DNA from: Pocillopora damicornis
Lineage: Eukaryota
Assembly (NCBI RefSeq): GCF_003704095.1
Contig: NW_020844379.1
Span: forward strand, 186,001-250,000
DNA length: 64,000 nt
Reading direction: 5' to 3'
Part shown: positions 12,201-23,130 of the stretch, piece by piece
Layout: each line of letters starts with the position of its first letter
How positions within the stretch are numbered: position 1 is the first letter of the stretch
Made by a program: the position numbers and the translations under genes
The notes under the pieces: model-generated
What the model saw: the letters and a program-made list of their open reading frames with translations, nothing else
What the model was told of the DNA's origin: nothing
The model's database searches: none

Positions 12201-15200
12201 ACAAATTCAGAAAGTTTCACTTGGACACAACAACCTTCCAACCAATCTTCATTTCTGTTGTGTAATGCTTGTATTTAGAAATGCCAGTGATGGATGGTGT
12301 TGGCATGGCCAACTTTAAAAAATTTTAAGCATATTTTCTGTTAGACCTGCAGCTCCAAATGGAAAAGAACAATGCTGCAGAATACTCTGCTTGGAAGAAA
12401 TTGATACCAAAGTCCTAAAAGTGATAGAATAAGCTTTCAAGTCAACAACCCTTTGATTCACTAAATTGATGCGAATTATGGCCCAAAGGTAGATCCAAAG
12501 TGAGGCCTAGATTTGGCAAATCATGCTATAAGTACCTGGTAAAAAGTTAAATTCCACCATGTGCTTCTCCAAATATGATACAGTTCCTTGCAAAGACCTC
12601 CTTTTCTTGACTTACAGCTACAAATAAAATACTTTTGAAAGCTATAGTATGAAACATCTGCTTCATCCATGAATGTAAGGCCTTTCAAGGTGTGGAAGTA
12701 GCCCAATCTACAAGAATAAAAGAATTACCTGTAAATTGCTTATTATGATTACCTAGCATAAAAAGGTTTTCTGTTTGTGCCTTAATGCATCATTTATATC
12801 TTCATTGTCTCATGTCTGGTCTCACAGTGCATTTGCAACCTTTCAGTTATTTGGTAATTTAGTGTTAACATCTGAGTTGAAAATGTAAATTGGCCTCTGT
12901 AAGGAGTTCGATATGTCAGGTTTTTTACTCTTTACAGTGGCCAATTAGTCTCTTAGTGTAACCTAAAGACGCCCTAGAACCAACAAAACAAAAAAGTATA
13001 ATTTACAAGATCGCATGTGAATGATGCAATGTGTATCTTGGTGAAACAGGGGGATCAATGCAAAGAGGATAAAAGAACATGACAGAGACAAACGGTTTGC
13101 TTGTGCTCAGACCTCTGCGGTTTCAGAGCATGCTAACAAAACAGGGCATATTCTCCTATTTGGAGCAAGGTTAGGTTTACAGATCGTGATCCTCATTGGT
13201 ACACATGAAGGTCAGCCGATCAATGTGGACCTGTGAGGGAACACCATCAAACAACCAGAATAATAACAAGGATCCAAATGCACCAACAGCAGCAAACCAA
13301 CATCCTTCAAATATTTTGCAACATGCATGAAAAAATGTTTACAAACAGCTTACTGTTCTACATGGGATGTTTTCTTTTGAGTGTTCTCTGGTATGACTTT
13401 GTGAAAAAACAAATATTTTCTGTCATCTGTAACAACCATAAATTGCTCTCTCATCTTAAATTGGATTTTAAACAAAGACTTACCATAGTGCATGTGAGGT
13501 TTGAAAATTGTAGAGTGTCCCTCAGTTTTGGCTGGGGAATATTTATAAATGTGATGGGTTTAGATCTATCATGTGCAAGCAAAAAAATTTGATGGATCAT
13601 AGTCAAGAAAACACCCCCAGTGATATTCCCTAATTTTGAAACTCAATATCATTATACAATAAGTCTTGGTTTAAGATTAATTTAAGGTGAGAGTGTCTTT
13701 TGTGGTTGTTAAAAAGAAGGGAACATGTTTGTTTGTTCATAAAATCTTACCAAAGAACAATGAAAATTGAACATTCCATGTAGTTTTAGGTCAACTTTTT
13801 GTAGACACTTTTTCTGTTATTTGCAAAAATATCTGAAGGATAATAAACAAAATGGTTTCCATTTGGCATGGAAATATACTTTTTCATTGACAGTTTAAAG
13901 AGGAGATTACTCTGTGGAAGTTGCGGAGTTGGTTGCACAATTGCCATCAATGTTAAATAACCACTTTAAACCTGATAGCTTTTTCTTTTATGTGTGGTGT
14001 GTCATAGAAGCTTTCAAACAAACTAATGAAGTGAGACCCAAAACATCTTGAGATCTTTTAGAGGTTTACCTCAATTAACAAGTTTTTTCATACATGACAT
14101 TTCCAGGAAAGAAATTGAGTTTCCAAGAACATATGGACTTAAATTCCAGTAATCAGTTACTTTATTTCCTTTTTGCGTGAAACTTGGGGAGCAGGTTTCC
14201 ATGTCAGCAAATTGAAGAATTTGAAAAGAAATAAAAGGATCAGTTAAACAATTGTTAGAAAGAAAATGAAAATTTAATGATTATTTACAGAAGTTCAACA
14301 CTGAAAACTTCATTAAGAGCGACTTTATTCTGAATGGGTCTAAATGCCCCCAATTTTACCCCCTGGTGGGTGCTTTACCTAGGTAACCACCTACTTCAAA
14401 TCTTATTGAAAGCACTGCATTGAAGGGATATGTGGAAACTTGGACCTGAAAGTTAATTTGAATGTTTTTTGTTTAAAGGCCGCTGGTGGACTGTAGGGTA
14501 TGCATTGCCCCAGACACCTCAAAGTAACTCCATGGAAGTGTCTACTTCTAAACTCCAAAACACCAAGCTGTTAGAACTGGCAAGAAAACAACGCATGAAC
14601 ACTGATGTCCGAAAGAATGTTTTTCTTATTATGATGACAAGTGAGGTGAATAGAAAACTTGAACTTGATTACTTTTGCACTTGTAGAAAGAGAATTTGTT
14701 TTGGTGCTTCCCTATGCTATTGTTTTGTGTTTTGTTTGTCTGTTTTGTTCTTTATGGTATGTGTTTAACAATATCCACACTTTCTGTTTGGAAGTCGTCA
14801 TTATTTTATTCTATCATTATTTCTTTAAAAAAATTATCTGATATTACCACTTCAACCTTACTACAGAGAATGTTCTGCCATTTTTTCCAGGATTACATTG
14901 ATGCATTTGAAAAGTTGATTCGATTGAACTTAAAAGATGTTCAAACTAGGGAAGTAATCCATGTTCTTATTGACTGCTGCATTCAGGTACATGAGTAAAT
15001 CATAATTATGATGATAAGTGTTGTTTTAACCCTAGTGCCCTGGTTGTTAATTCATAATGATGTGCTTTACTCTTTCTTTTCAACTCTTGATGTTTTACAG
15101 GAGAAAATGTACAATCCTTACTATGCCTACCTTGGTCAAAAATTCTGTGAAAACAGCAGAAGTTACCAGGTACATTATCTCTTGAGGCTTTCACTCCTTT

Positions 15201-17649
15201 TTATGAAAAGAAGTAAGAAAATTATCAACGAAAGTTTTTAGCACAGGTGGCATTCCATTGCAGTGAACCAAATGATACTTGCCACTTTACATTTCCAGTT
15301 AAGTCTGAAAAACACCATGGACAATAGTTGGGTTTGATGATAACTCACTTTCTCCATAATCTACCTTCTAAATGTTTTGCCGCAGAAAATATCATGTCAA
15401 GCTGTGAGCAGTGGATAAGCAACAAACAGCACTTTTTTTGCTCAGTCTCATTACAGAGCACACCCCATTTAATGATCCTATTTTTGACTTCTAGCATTTT
15501 GTTTGTTCACACTTGCCTGAATCTTTACATCACTGTAGAAACTAATCAAAAAAGGAAATAACATCCTTAAATTGATTTTTATTGAAAATGGAATTGACCA
15601 CAGTCAGCCAAAATTTCACTGATGTACTTGTCAACATGTGATATGGGTTGATAAAGCCACAACTTTGCTTAGCAGCCACTCACTATCTGAGATAAGGATA
15701 GGCTGTTTATAGCAACATTCACATGCCCTGAGTACATTGCAGACTTCTCAACTGCTAAGTAAGGGAGGAGACACAATCATTGTGAGAATGAGACACACGA
15801 ACCTGTACTATTGGAAAGTAACCCTGTTTGACTGACAATTTTACAGTTTAATGCATTCTGTTTGTTCAATATTACAAAGTCAAATGTATTTTCAATTTTT
15901 TAATATATTTTGCATTCAAAGTATTTTTACAAACAACTACCAAAACAATACTTTTTGGTTAACATAGAAAGCTAATTTCAGTAAAGTTTCGTTTCTTTGT
16001 GATTTGAACTTTTTTTCAGGTTACTTTTCAGTACTCTTTTTGGGACAAGTTTAAACTACTAAGCAGCTTAGCACCCCATTGTCTTGAAAACCTGTTACAT
16101 CTTATGTGTCACCTCTTTGCTACAAGAGCATTGTCTCTATCCATTCTCAAGGTACTCATGAGCAGCCTTCATCTTGAGCAAATTAAATCAATAGTTTTAG
16201 TGACTGATAATAATTCTCTGACTTTAATTAGTTGATGACTGTCAAAAAAACCAAACAACATGATACTTTTGTAACCTCAAGGGTAATTCTTGCCTCATGA
16301 AATAGGGCAGGTAAAGTCTTGTTCATTTAAGTCTTGTTTTTCTTCAACTCTCATTTCCACCCTATATTAATTTTAGGAACCTGAGTTTGCATAAATTTTG
16401 CCTAACCCTTTTTGACAACTGAGAAAAGAAAAAGCTCTAGTTTCAGGATGGAGATCCACCAGGCATCATAGGCATCTCCCTTCACGAACAGTGTCACTAA
16501 TATTGTCCAGGTTGCAAATTTTATCCATCTGACTATGCCTTAATTTTTTGCAAGAAGAAATGAATGCCAGTTTACATCAATTTTATTTAAAACATAGTAA
16601 AAAGAGGAACTGTTTTTTACAGTTTCAAAAATGCCTGGGATTTCTGAAAAATTGAAAGGAGCTAACGTTATCATGATTTCTGTTTGATAGGTTGTCAACT
16701 TTATGGTTCTTGAGAAGACTTCTGTTCAGTTTTTCACTGATCTTTTTCATCACCTTCTCTCAACTTATTCTAAAGATGTAACAAGGTGAGATTTTTCTGT
16801 ATACTTTTAGGTCTTTAACTACTAGGAGTGATTACCGGTGAGATGTACCTTGCAAACAGGTAATAAGAATATGCAAACTTTATCAGGTAGAAGTTGTTAT
16901 CTTGATCTAATACCATATTCTTGCGACTAATTTACAAGGGAATGTGTAGGAGCCAGTAGGGAGAGTTATCAATCAGATCTTGGGAGTTAAAGGTTTAAGT
17001 GCTCAATGATGGATCAAAGTTAGTTAGCTTTTAAATCCTCGTTACAAGTTAGTAAATGATTATTGTGATTCCACTCCCTAGGAGTCCCTTTTTTGTAAAC
17101 GTTTTCCATTGACAATACTCTTGTCAACTGTCCTGTGAAGGTACATTGCAATCAAGCATTCTGAACCTAATTCTGATTAATGTTTCCTGGCTCTACACAA
17201 CATTCAGTGTTATCAAGACAGAAAGTGAACTAAGCTTTAGCTTAAGTAGGGCTGTAGATTCATACAATGGGATTGACTACTGCATCAGTATTACGTATAT
17301 TGTACCCTCCCATCTTGCTTGGTATGTATTCCCTTATTTTGTATACAAGATACAATTTAGTTTACTGATGAGTACCAAAGGAAAACTTGAACATGAATTA
17401 ACAGATATGAGGGATTTCATGTCACTCTATGCACTCCCTTGTATGACCTTTCCAATTGTACTGTCTTATTTCTCTCTTCACAGATATATATTTGAAAGAA
17501 TCTCAATGAAGAAAGAGCTAGCATTCCTTTGTCAAAACATTCGAATTTTTCTTCAACATTTTGTGGGAGCAAAAAAATCCAGTATCTTAGAAAAACGACT
17601 TAACCTGGTGGATGGTATTCTCGGAGCTTCACACAAAACCAAACTTTAG
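91..17649 (+). CDS. NOM1: Nucleolar MIF4G domain-containing protein 1 (Sgd1 homolog), 5'-partial, 17 exons, ~722 aa visible
   Basis: Exons 91-241,1136-1227,1318-1802,2129-2199,3615-3743,4628-4755,5046-5139,5852-5895,7646-7701,9615-9745,10326-10388,14479-14645,14891-14986,15101-15169,16020-16151,16691-16785,17484-17649 join in one frame through GT-AG introns. NOM1 motifs: EDKEIKRLEKLL..DGLDYLL, KYVPPHLR, KGLLNRL, RKIPGYD, GRWW, ARKQRMNTDVRK, YNPYY, TFQYSFWD. A further exon may end at 16 (AAG|GTAATA). Confidence 0.93.
242..1135 (+). other. U12-type (minor spliceosome) GT-AG intron
   Basis: 5' site GTATCTTT (consensus RTATCCTT); branch-like TCTTGAC at 1115-1121, ~14 nt before the AG; no polypyrimidine tract. 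Confidence 0.7.
295..480 (+). mobile_element. Decayed SINE with CORE-like segment
   Basis: TGTTCTTAGACAAGAAATTTTACTCT...CCACCCAGGAGTATAAATTGGTA resembles the central domain of CORE-type SINEs. Confidence 0.5.
1136..1227 (+). CDS. NOM1: NOM1 exon (YLLEVC...FSRE)
   Basis: Completes the DGLD-Y-LL motif; GAG|GTAATT donor (the next 90-nt intron is in frame). Confidence 0.75.
1318..1802 (+). CDS. NOM1: NOM1 exon, Asp-rich tract plus KYVPPHLR...KGLLNR
   Basis: Part of ORF 1018..1806; AG|GTGAGA donor. Confidence 0.9.
2129..2199 (+). CDS. NOM1: NOM1 exon (LNEGNMSIISKEIEQIYMQNSRN), start of MIF4G
   Basis: gacag acceptor, gtatgt donor, phase fits. Confidence 0.9.
2320..3075 (-). mobile_element. LINE (CR1/L2 group) RT C-terminal remnant in a NOM1 intron
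   Basis: Minus strand gives YGDDTQIF (~3050) and IDDKLKFEKH..KVCRKVSQQVAILK (ORF 2751..2993); frameshifts and stops. Confidence 0.75.
3615..3743 (+). CDS. NOM1: NOM1 exon (DINKIL...VGIDV)
   Basis: ttag acceptor, gtaagg donor; MPDKLLMEH motif. Confidence 0.9.
3877..3899. repeat. (TG)n microsatellite
   Basis: Read directly. Confidence 0.9.
4628..4755 (+). CDS. NOM1: NOM1 exon (AAFFIE...LCNFK)
   Basis: GKECYN motif; gtatgt donor. Confidence 0.9.
5046..5139 (+). CDS. NOM1: NOM1 exon (VTHCCLIYDII...IELLLLLLK)
   Basis: cacag acceptor, gtaagc donor. Confidence 0.9.
5505..5604 (-). mobile_element. 100-bp Penelope/retrozyme-type insertion with 14-bp TSD
   Basis: AGTGTTACATGTAG at 5491-5504 and 5605-5618; a related copy lies at 12848-12945. 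Confidence 0.8.
5564..5597 (-). ncRNA. Minimal type I hammerhead ribozyme motif
   Basis: Reverse complement GCT-CTGACGA-A-GGGC-TAAC-GCTC-GAAA-CGTC-AGC: intact core, stem II, palindromic ACGT helix III, GUC triplet, GCT/AGC stem I. Confidence 0.75.
5852..5895 (+). CDS. NOM1: NOM1 exon (VGAEIRRGDPSALK)
   Basis: TAGTAG tandem acceptor; phase fits. Confidence 0.85.
6206..6401. mobile_element. Foldback/palindromic MITE
   Basis: Long imperfect inverted repeat: AAAGAATTGG..ATATTGAGTTATGGATGCAC / GTGCATCTATGACTCAATAT..CCAATTCTTT, with inner GAGTTGCT/AGCAACTC. Confidence 0.7.
7646..7701 (+). CDS. NOM1: NOM1 exon (EIILQIQAKATSTPILSS)
   Basis: tgtag acceptor, gtaagt donor. Confidence 0.85.
8026..8229. 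mobile_element. piggyBac-type MITE (TTAA TSD)
   Basis: TTAA|CCCTTTAACTCCCA ... TGGGAGTTCAAGGG|TTAA. Confidence 0.8.
9615..9745 (+). CDS. NOM1: NOM1 exon (SRVCFMLE...RKIPGYD...LIRES)
   Basis: Conserved motif; GT-AG boundaries. Confidence 0.9.
10326..10388 (+). CDS. NOM1: NOM1 exon (CLVSNQLRVSLQDLLNIKLK)
   Basis: QLRVS motif before GRWW; gtgagt donor. Confidence 0.85.
10590..11160 (+). mobile_element. Penelope-like element 3' remnant (GIY-YIG endonuclease plus pLTR with decayed hammerhead)
   Basis: IPCDDCDDEHIGQTKHQFGTHLKEHQK..SALLEH..HTVGWD..LEAWHM..NHDDG..LPNAY, then CTGATGAAGGCACT..AGTGTCAAAACGTT at 11021-11055. Confidence 0.85.
12848..13215 (+). mobile_element. Second Penelope-like remnant (inverted pLTR fragment plus GIY-YIG fragment)
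   Basis: PKDALEPTKQKSIIYKIACE..VYLGETG..RIKEHDRD..TSAVSEHANKTGH; 12848-12945 matches the 5505-5575 element in both orientations. Confidence 0.8.
14479..14645 (+). CDS. NOM1: NOM1 exon (GRWW...MNTDVRK...MTSE), start of MA3/MI domain
   Basis: Within ORF 14469..14768. Confidence 0.92.
14891..14986 (+). CDS. NOM1: NOM1 exon (DYIDAFEKL...DCCIQ)
   Basis: ttccag acceptor, gtacat donor. Confidence 0.92.
15101..15169 (+). CDS. NOM1: NOM1 exon (EKMYNPYY...SYQ)
   Basis: tacag acceptor; conserved motif. Confidence 0.92.
16020..16151 (+). CDS. NOM1: NOM1 exon (VTFQYSFWD...LSILK)
   Basis: ttcag acceptor; conserved motif. Confidence 0.92.
16691..16785 (+). CDS. NOM1: NOM1 exon (VVNFM...KDVT)
   Basis: atag acceptor, gtgaga donor. 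Confidence 0.88.
16812..16998. mobile_element. piggyBac-type MITE, same family as 8026-8229
   Basis: Ends AGATCTTGGGAGTTAAAGGTTTAA; starts CTTTAACTACTAGGAGTGA. Confidence 0.65.
17484..17649 (+). CDS. NOM1: NOM1 last coding exon (YIFERIS...HKTKL*)
   Basis: cacag acceptor; TAG at 17647-17649. Confidence 0.88.
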
Positions 17650-17740
17650 ATCTCTTTTAATTGTCATTAATATCATGAGCAATTTCACCATGATTACATA
17701 ATTACAATTTACATAACTTATATTATTTCTATTATTACTG

Positions 17741-17746
17741 AATAAA
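17741..17746 (+). terminator. Probable NOM1 polyadenylation signal
   Basis: AATAAA ~90 nt after the stop codon. Confidence 0.55.
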
Positions 17747-18414
17747 CAATTAACTTTATCTCTTGATGACTTCATTTAGGGGGTGTTTAAAAAGTAATTT
17801 CTGCTTGTTAACACACAATTTTCCTGAGGCGACAACTTTAAGGTAGAATAGGGGGAAAAATGAAATTTATACTTGTACCACAATTAGAGAGACAGAAAAC
17901 TGTATTTGCAGAAGATACTAGACTCAAATGTGTACCTTATTCACATTTTCATAACAAAATTCAGACATCATTTGTAGTGCATTCTCTTACACCTGTTCCA
18001 ATAGCCACTCCATCCATGTGCCAGACGTAACTAATAAATGTGGCAGAAGAGAGGTGTTTGAATCAGATTAGTTCAGCATTGTCACATAGTTGATGTTGTA
18101 AACCTCTCATGGGATCATGTGGTCTGATCATCCGGATAAGGGTAGAAGAACTGTTGAAAACAGTGGTGACTGGTGTTTCAACAACCATGGGGGATGTCAT
18201 AGTAGTAAAGTGTTATAAGTCTGGTTCACGAAACTGCTTGGTCAGTTTTGTAAAGTTTCTATTAGCTGTGAGGCTCAATTTGTCAAAAGTCGTTCACAAT
18301 TTATCAGTTTGTTGAGAAAAAAGTCGTGAACAGGTCATCTTTGTGGTGCCACTGGTTGTTTACGTCTGTTGAGGAAAGTCTGTTCTAATCAGCTTTTCAG
18401 AGTCAGAGTCCCAG

Positions 18415-19765
18415 TTACGCCAATTGGACCATTTTATCTAGTTAGACCATCTCAAGCTGTTAGATCATTTCAAGTTGTGTCGTGTAGTTACCATACCTTA
18501 ATCAATTGGACCATTTTAACCAGTTAGGCCATTTAACAAGTTAGACAATCATAACAAGTTGTGTTGACTATTTTTACCAATAGCATATTAACCAGTTTTA
18601 CCATTTTAACCAGCTGGATCATTTAAACCAGTTGAACTATTTTCTCTAGTTGGACCATTTCAACTGGTCGAACCTGTTTAATCAGTTGGACCCTTTTAAC
18701 AAGTTAGAACATTTTAACTTGCTAGAACACTTTAACCAGTTTGGCCATTTTAACCATTTGGATCATTTATACCAGTTGAACCATTTTCTCTAGTTGGACC
18801 ATTTCAACTGGTCGAACTATTTTAACCAGTTGGACCATTCTGTGAAGTTGGATCATTCTATCTAGTTAAACTATTTGAACTAGTTATACCATTCTATGAA
18901 GTTAGACCAGTTAGCCAGGTTGACCATTTTACAGATTTGACCTGTTCAATTGGTTGGATCCTTTTTAATTAGACCATTTCAACAGGTTGGACATTTTTTA
19001 GTTTGACCGTGTTAACAAGTTGAATTACTTTAACCATTTGGACTATTTCCTTTATTTACAGCATCTCTACCAGTTAGATTAGTTTATTTAGCTAGACCAT
19101 TTGCAACCAGTTGGATAATTTAATGCAGCTAAATCATTTTAACTGGTTGGGACGTTTTGCTTGTTTGACCATCTTAACCTGTTGGATCATTTTAACCAGG
19201 TGGAGCACTTTTCTGGTTCTCTCCATTTTTAATAAGCTAGACCATTTTAGCTGTTTTATCCAGATAAATCGTTTTTACTGGATCGACCATTTTAACCAGT
19301 TGGACAATTTTTTTGTCTGATTAGATTATTTCTACCAGGTGGGTCAGTTTCTTTAGTTAGACTTTCTTAATCAGTGAGACCATTGAATCTTACTTGATCG
19401 TTTTAACCCATTGGACTGTTTGGACTATTTGGACCAGGTGGACCATTATGTAGCTAGAGTATTTGTACCACTTGGACCAAAATGAAAATTCTGTATTGTT
19501 AGACCGTTTTCACTTGATTACCATATGACCAAATTAAGGCCATAGTAGGACCATTGTAACACTCACTAGATGGACCAGTTCATCTAGCTAGACCCTTTTA
19601 CTCAGTTGGACAATTTTACCTTGTTAGGAACATTTCTACCACTAGGAGGAACAATCCTCTGGTTTGACTATTTTAACTCATGAGATCAGTTTAACCTGTT
19701 GGATTTTCCTAACCGCTTGGATCCTCGTCACTGGTGTAACCACTCACTGGCTGGACCATTTAGAT
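18415..19765 (+). repeat. Degenerate 18-bp tandem array (left block), consensus CCAGTTGGACCATTTTAA
   Basis: Dozens of diverged units; near-identical segments at 18601 and 18746. Confidence 0.9.
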
Positions 19766-20229
19766 GTACTTGCAATTAGTGTCAAAAGTAGTTCACACAT
19801 CATGTTTGAAGAGTCTATTCATTCGTAGGGAAACACTCCTGTTTCCACCGTACTTTAAAACATTGACAAAACCCCCTTCCCATTCAATGTTGCTTGTACA
19901 TAGCTAAAAGTTCACAAGAGAATCGTGATACAGCATTTGTTTTTGGGTAAGAGGCCAAACAGGTCAAATTAACAACGGCAAAAGAGATAACATAGAAGTA
20001 ATAGGTCGGAAAGGTCAATGTGTCACGAATTTTGTCGCCGATTGGCTGAATGACAATATCAAATTTTCTTGAATATGAAGTTTTAAGGAGACGTCTGTTG
20101 TAATGTTATTTCAATTACTTCATGTATACTTTCGACTAATTCATTTCTAATATGGGTACCATTTAGTACACGCTAATAAGGATCGATTCTATAGTTATCT
20201 TGTGACGTGACAGTCGAGTTGTAAGGCTC

Positions 20230-20585
20230 AAAACCTTTCAGCAACATTTTTTTCAGGGGACAATCCCTGCACGAGCCGGTGCACTTGTGACACAGACAAA
20301 AGTAACGGAGAGGTTTGGCCTTTTGCAATCCACTGTTCATATGATTTTAAAGAAGGTAAAAAGAAAACAAATTTGTCATGCACCACGAAAAGCTGCCTAC
20401 CGACCAAGAAAGTTGAACAAGCGCCAAGAAGGACTCCTTATAAGGTACGTCACCAGTTTACATAAGGAAGATTGTAATTATTTCACAGTTACGAGACTGA
20501 TAAAAAAAAAAAGACAAATTTAAATATACCACAAGTCTCTTGTGGAACCATTCAACACTTCCATCATTCAAATGGCTATCGTGAC
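20230..20585 (+). mobile_element. Tc1/mariner transposase N-terminal (HTH) remnant
   Basis: ORF 20287..20523: QTKVTERFGLLQSTVHMILK..RPRKLNKRQEGLLIR..FTVTRL, continuing TIQH..NGY; no DDE domain visible. Confidence 0.6.
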
Positions 20586-20894
20586 GAGTTTGCGTGACAT
20601 GTTCAGATTATCACCCCGTGTATGATGAACTCCTTCGTTTCATCGTATTTCTCTCATAAATTTTCACTGAAATTTTCAAGCTTCGCTCTCGGAAAGCTGT
20701 TCGCATCTTGAAACAGGGAATGTCCGCAGCCAAATATTCGTACATATTTTCGCGCCAGATAGATTCTATTATTTATATAAACTTAATTTTTCATCGAAGC
20801 ACTAAGTTTGGTTTGTTGTTTCAAAGACTTGTAGCATTATCCCAAGATAAGTCTCAGACAATCAGCATCAATATTAGTTGCCACTGCAATTACG

Positions 20895-22150
20895 GCGTTA
20901 AACCATTTTATGTAGTTATATCATTTTATCTAATTAGACCGCATAAATAAGTTGAACCATTTTATCTGATGAGACCATTTTATATAGTAAGACCATATTA
21001 ATCAGTTGGACCTTTTTCATTTTTCCCACGCCATTTTAAGCAGTTGGACCATTTTATTTCGTTACCCAACTTTAACCTTTAAAATTTAAACCATTCCTAC
21101 TGTTGGTACCTTTTTTCTAGTTAGACCATTTTGATATACTGTTTGGATCCTGTTGAACCAGTTAGACAAAATTTTTTGAATTGAATGCTTTTAACTGGTT
21201 TAACCAATGTATCCTGTTATACCACTTTAACCAATTCGACCATTTTAAACAATTAGACCATCGCCACCCATGGACCACGTTAACCGGTTGATTTTTTTCT
21301 TAAACCTCTTCGACCACTTTTCTAGTTGCACCAGAATAACCACTAGACCATTTTATTTAGTTAGAGCATTTTTAACAAACTGGCTCATTTTAGCCAATTA
21401 GTCCATTTAATAAGTTGGAACACTTTTTCCATTGAGGCCATTTTATTTAGTGGGACAATTTAATCTACTTACCCCACTATAACCAATTGGATCATTTGAA
21501 CAAGTTGAAACATTTGATCCAGTTAGATTAATCGAAGCATTTCGATCATTTAATCAGTTGGACCACGCATTTTAACCCATTGACCCACTTTAACCAGCTG
21601 GGCCATTTTGTCTTGTAACGCCATTTTAAGCAGTAGAACCATTTTATCTCCTTTCCCCCCTTTTAAATGATTGAACCTTTTAAATAGGCTTAACCATTTT
21701 ATCATGTTAGATCAATTTGAGCCATTTGACCAATTTATCTACGTAGATCATCATAACCAGTTGGATCTTCTTAATCGGTTGGATCCTTTTTCAGAATTTG
21801 ATCATTTTCCCGGTTTGACCAGTTTTACCAGTTGGACCATCTTATGTAACTAAGCCATTTGTACCAACATGACCACTTTAAATAGTAAGACTATTTTCTC
21901 TAGTTGGAAGACTTCAATCGGTTGGACTTTTTTCCGTACCTAGACCATTTTAACCGGTTGGACCAATTTCTCTGGTTAGATCATTTTTACCAGTTCGACT
22001 AGTGTATCTAGTTAGGCCATTTTGATCGGTTGGACTTTTTCATCTGGCAATACCACTTTAACCTTCGGACCATTTAAACGGTTCGCTTACTTTAGCTATC
22101 GGCCTATTGTTCTAGAAAGACCACTTTGGGTGGTTTGACCAGTTTATATC
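20895..22150 (+). repeat. Degenerate 18-bp tandem array (right block), same orientation
   Basis: Same consensus as the left block. Confidence 0.9.
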
Positions 22151-22379
22151 TCTTAAGATCATCATAGGAAAAGATCGTGGCCAAGGCAAAGAGCAGCTGG
22201 GTGAAAAAGTCCTAGCGGGCAAAGGACGTTCTTGAAGGCGCTGTGTCAGGGCCGAAAATTTCTTGCTGTGAGAAATTGAAGATGGTAACGTCTCTTTGGA
22301 TATAATGTGAAGACTGGCGGTGAAGCACTAGAGTGGAAACGTCATTTCAAAAAAAAAAGTGTTTAGTACCTTGGCATTC

Positions 22380-23130
22380 TCATAGACTGTCATCTCAATT
22401 TGAAAGAACAATTCTATCAAATTTCCAAAAAAATATCAGGGATATTGGCGTCCTATCTAAGATTAGACATTTTGTTTACATGAAAACACTAGTTCAATTA
22501 TGCCATGCCATTATTCTTCCTCTTCTCTCCTATGGCTGTATATTTTAGGGCAACACTTATGACCATAACATTAAACCACTTTAAATAATACAGAGGAAAG
22601 CAATCCGTCTAATTACTTTTTCCAATTTTGATGCACATATAAGTCCTTTGTTTGCTAAGCCTAACCTTCTCAAACTTCAAGATCACATTAAGCTTCAAAC
22701 TCTCTTTTTTATACATTAATTTAATACTGGCAAACTACCAGAGATCTTTGATTCGTTTTTTGTTAAAACATCTTGTAAACATAATGTAAATACTCGCTTT
22801 GCATCTAGATTTACTTTCTATCTTCCAAAAATTCGAGCAAGTTATGGCAAATTAAATATTCGATTTAATGGACCTAAATTATGGAATGAACTCGATGAAA
22901 GATTCAAGTGTTGTACTTGACTGATATTTTATATTTATTTATTTTGTTTTGTCTTGTTCTGTATATTTACTTTTGTACCAGATTGATGATATTTTTAATT
23001 ATCATAATTGCGGTCACCCGGCTAGTTTAGCTTTTTAGTTATTTTGGGTGTCCCACTACTGTATGTGCTGTATATTTTTTATTTATAATTATATTTTTAT
23101 AAATTCTTCTAGTTGTTTACAGTAGTAGAA
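22380..23130 (+). mobile_element. 5'-truncated LINE (CR1/L2 group), ORF2 C-terminus and 3' UTR
   Basis: IGVLSKIRHFV..LSYGCIF*GNTY..IQRKAIRLITFS..SPLF..NTRFAS..YGKLNIRFNGPKLWN with in-frame stops. Confidence 0.85.

Noticed and set aside
14987-15100. Intronic C/D snoRNA (ATGATGA near 15008)
   Set aside because: No downstream CTGA box or terminal stem.
17364-17390. CTGATGAG..GGAAAAC hammerhead-like string
   Set aside because: No proper stem II closure, cleavage triplet or stem I.
17146-17483. N-terminal part of ORF 17146..17649
   Set aside because: Intron read-through ahead of the last NOM1 exon.
18415-22150. CRISPR-like array
   Set aside because: No unique spacers, degenerate contiguous units, eukaryotic context, no cas genes.
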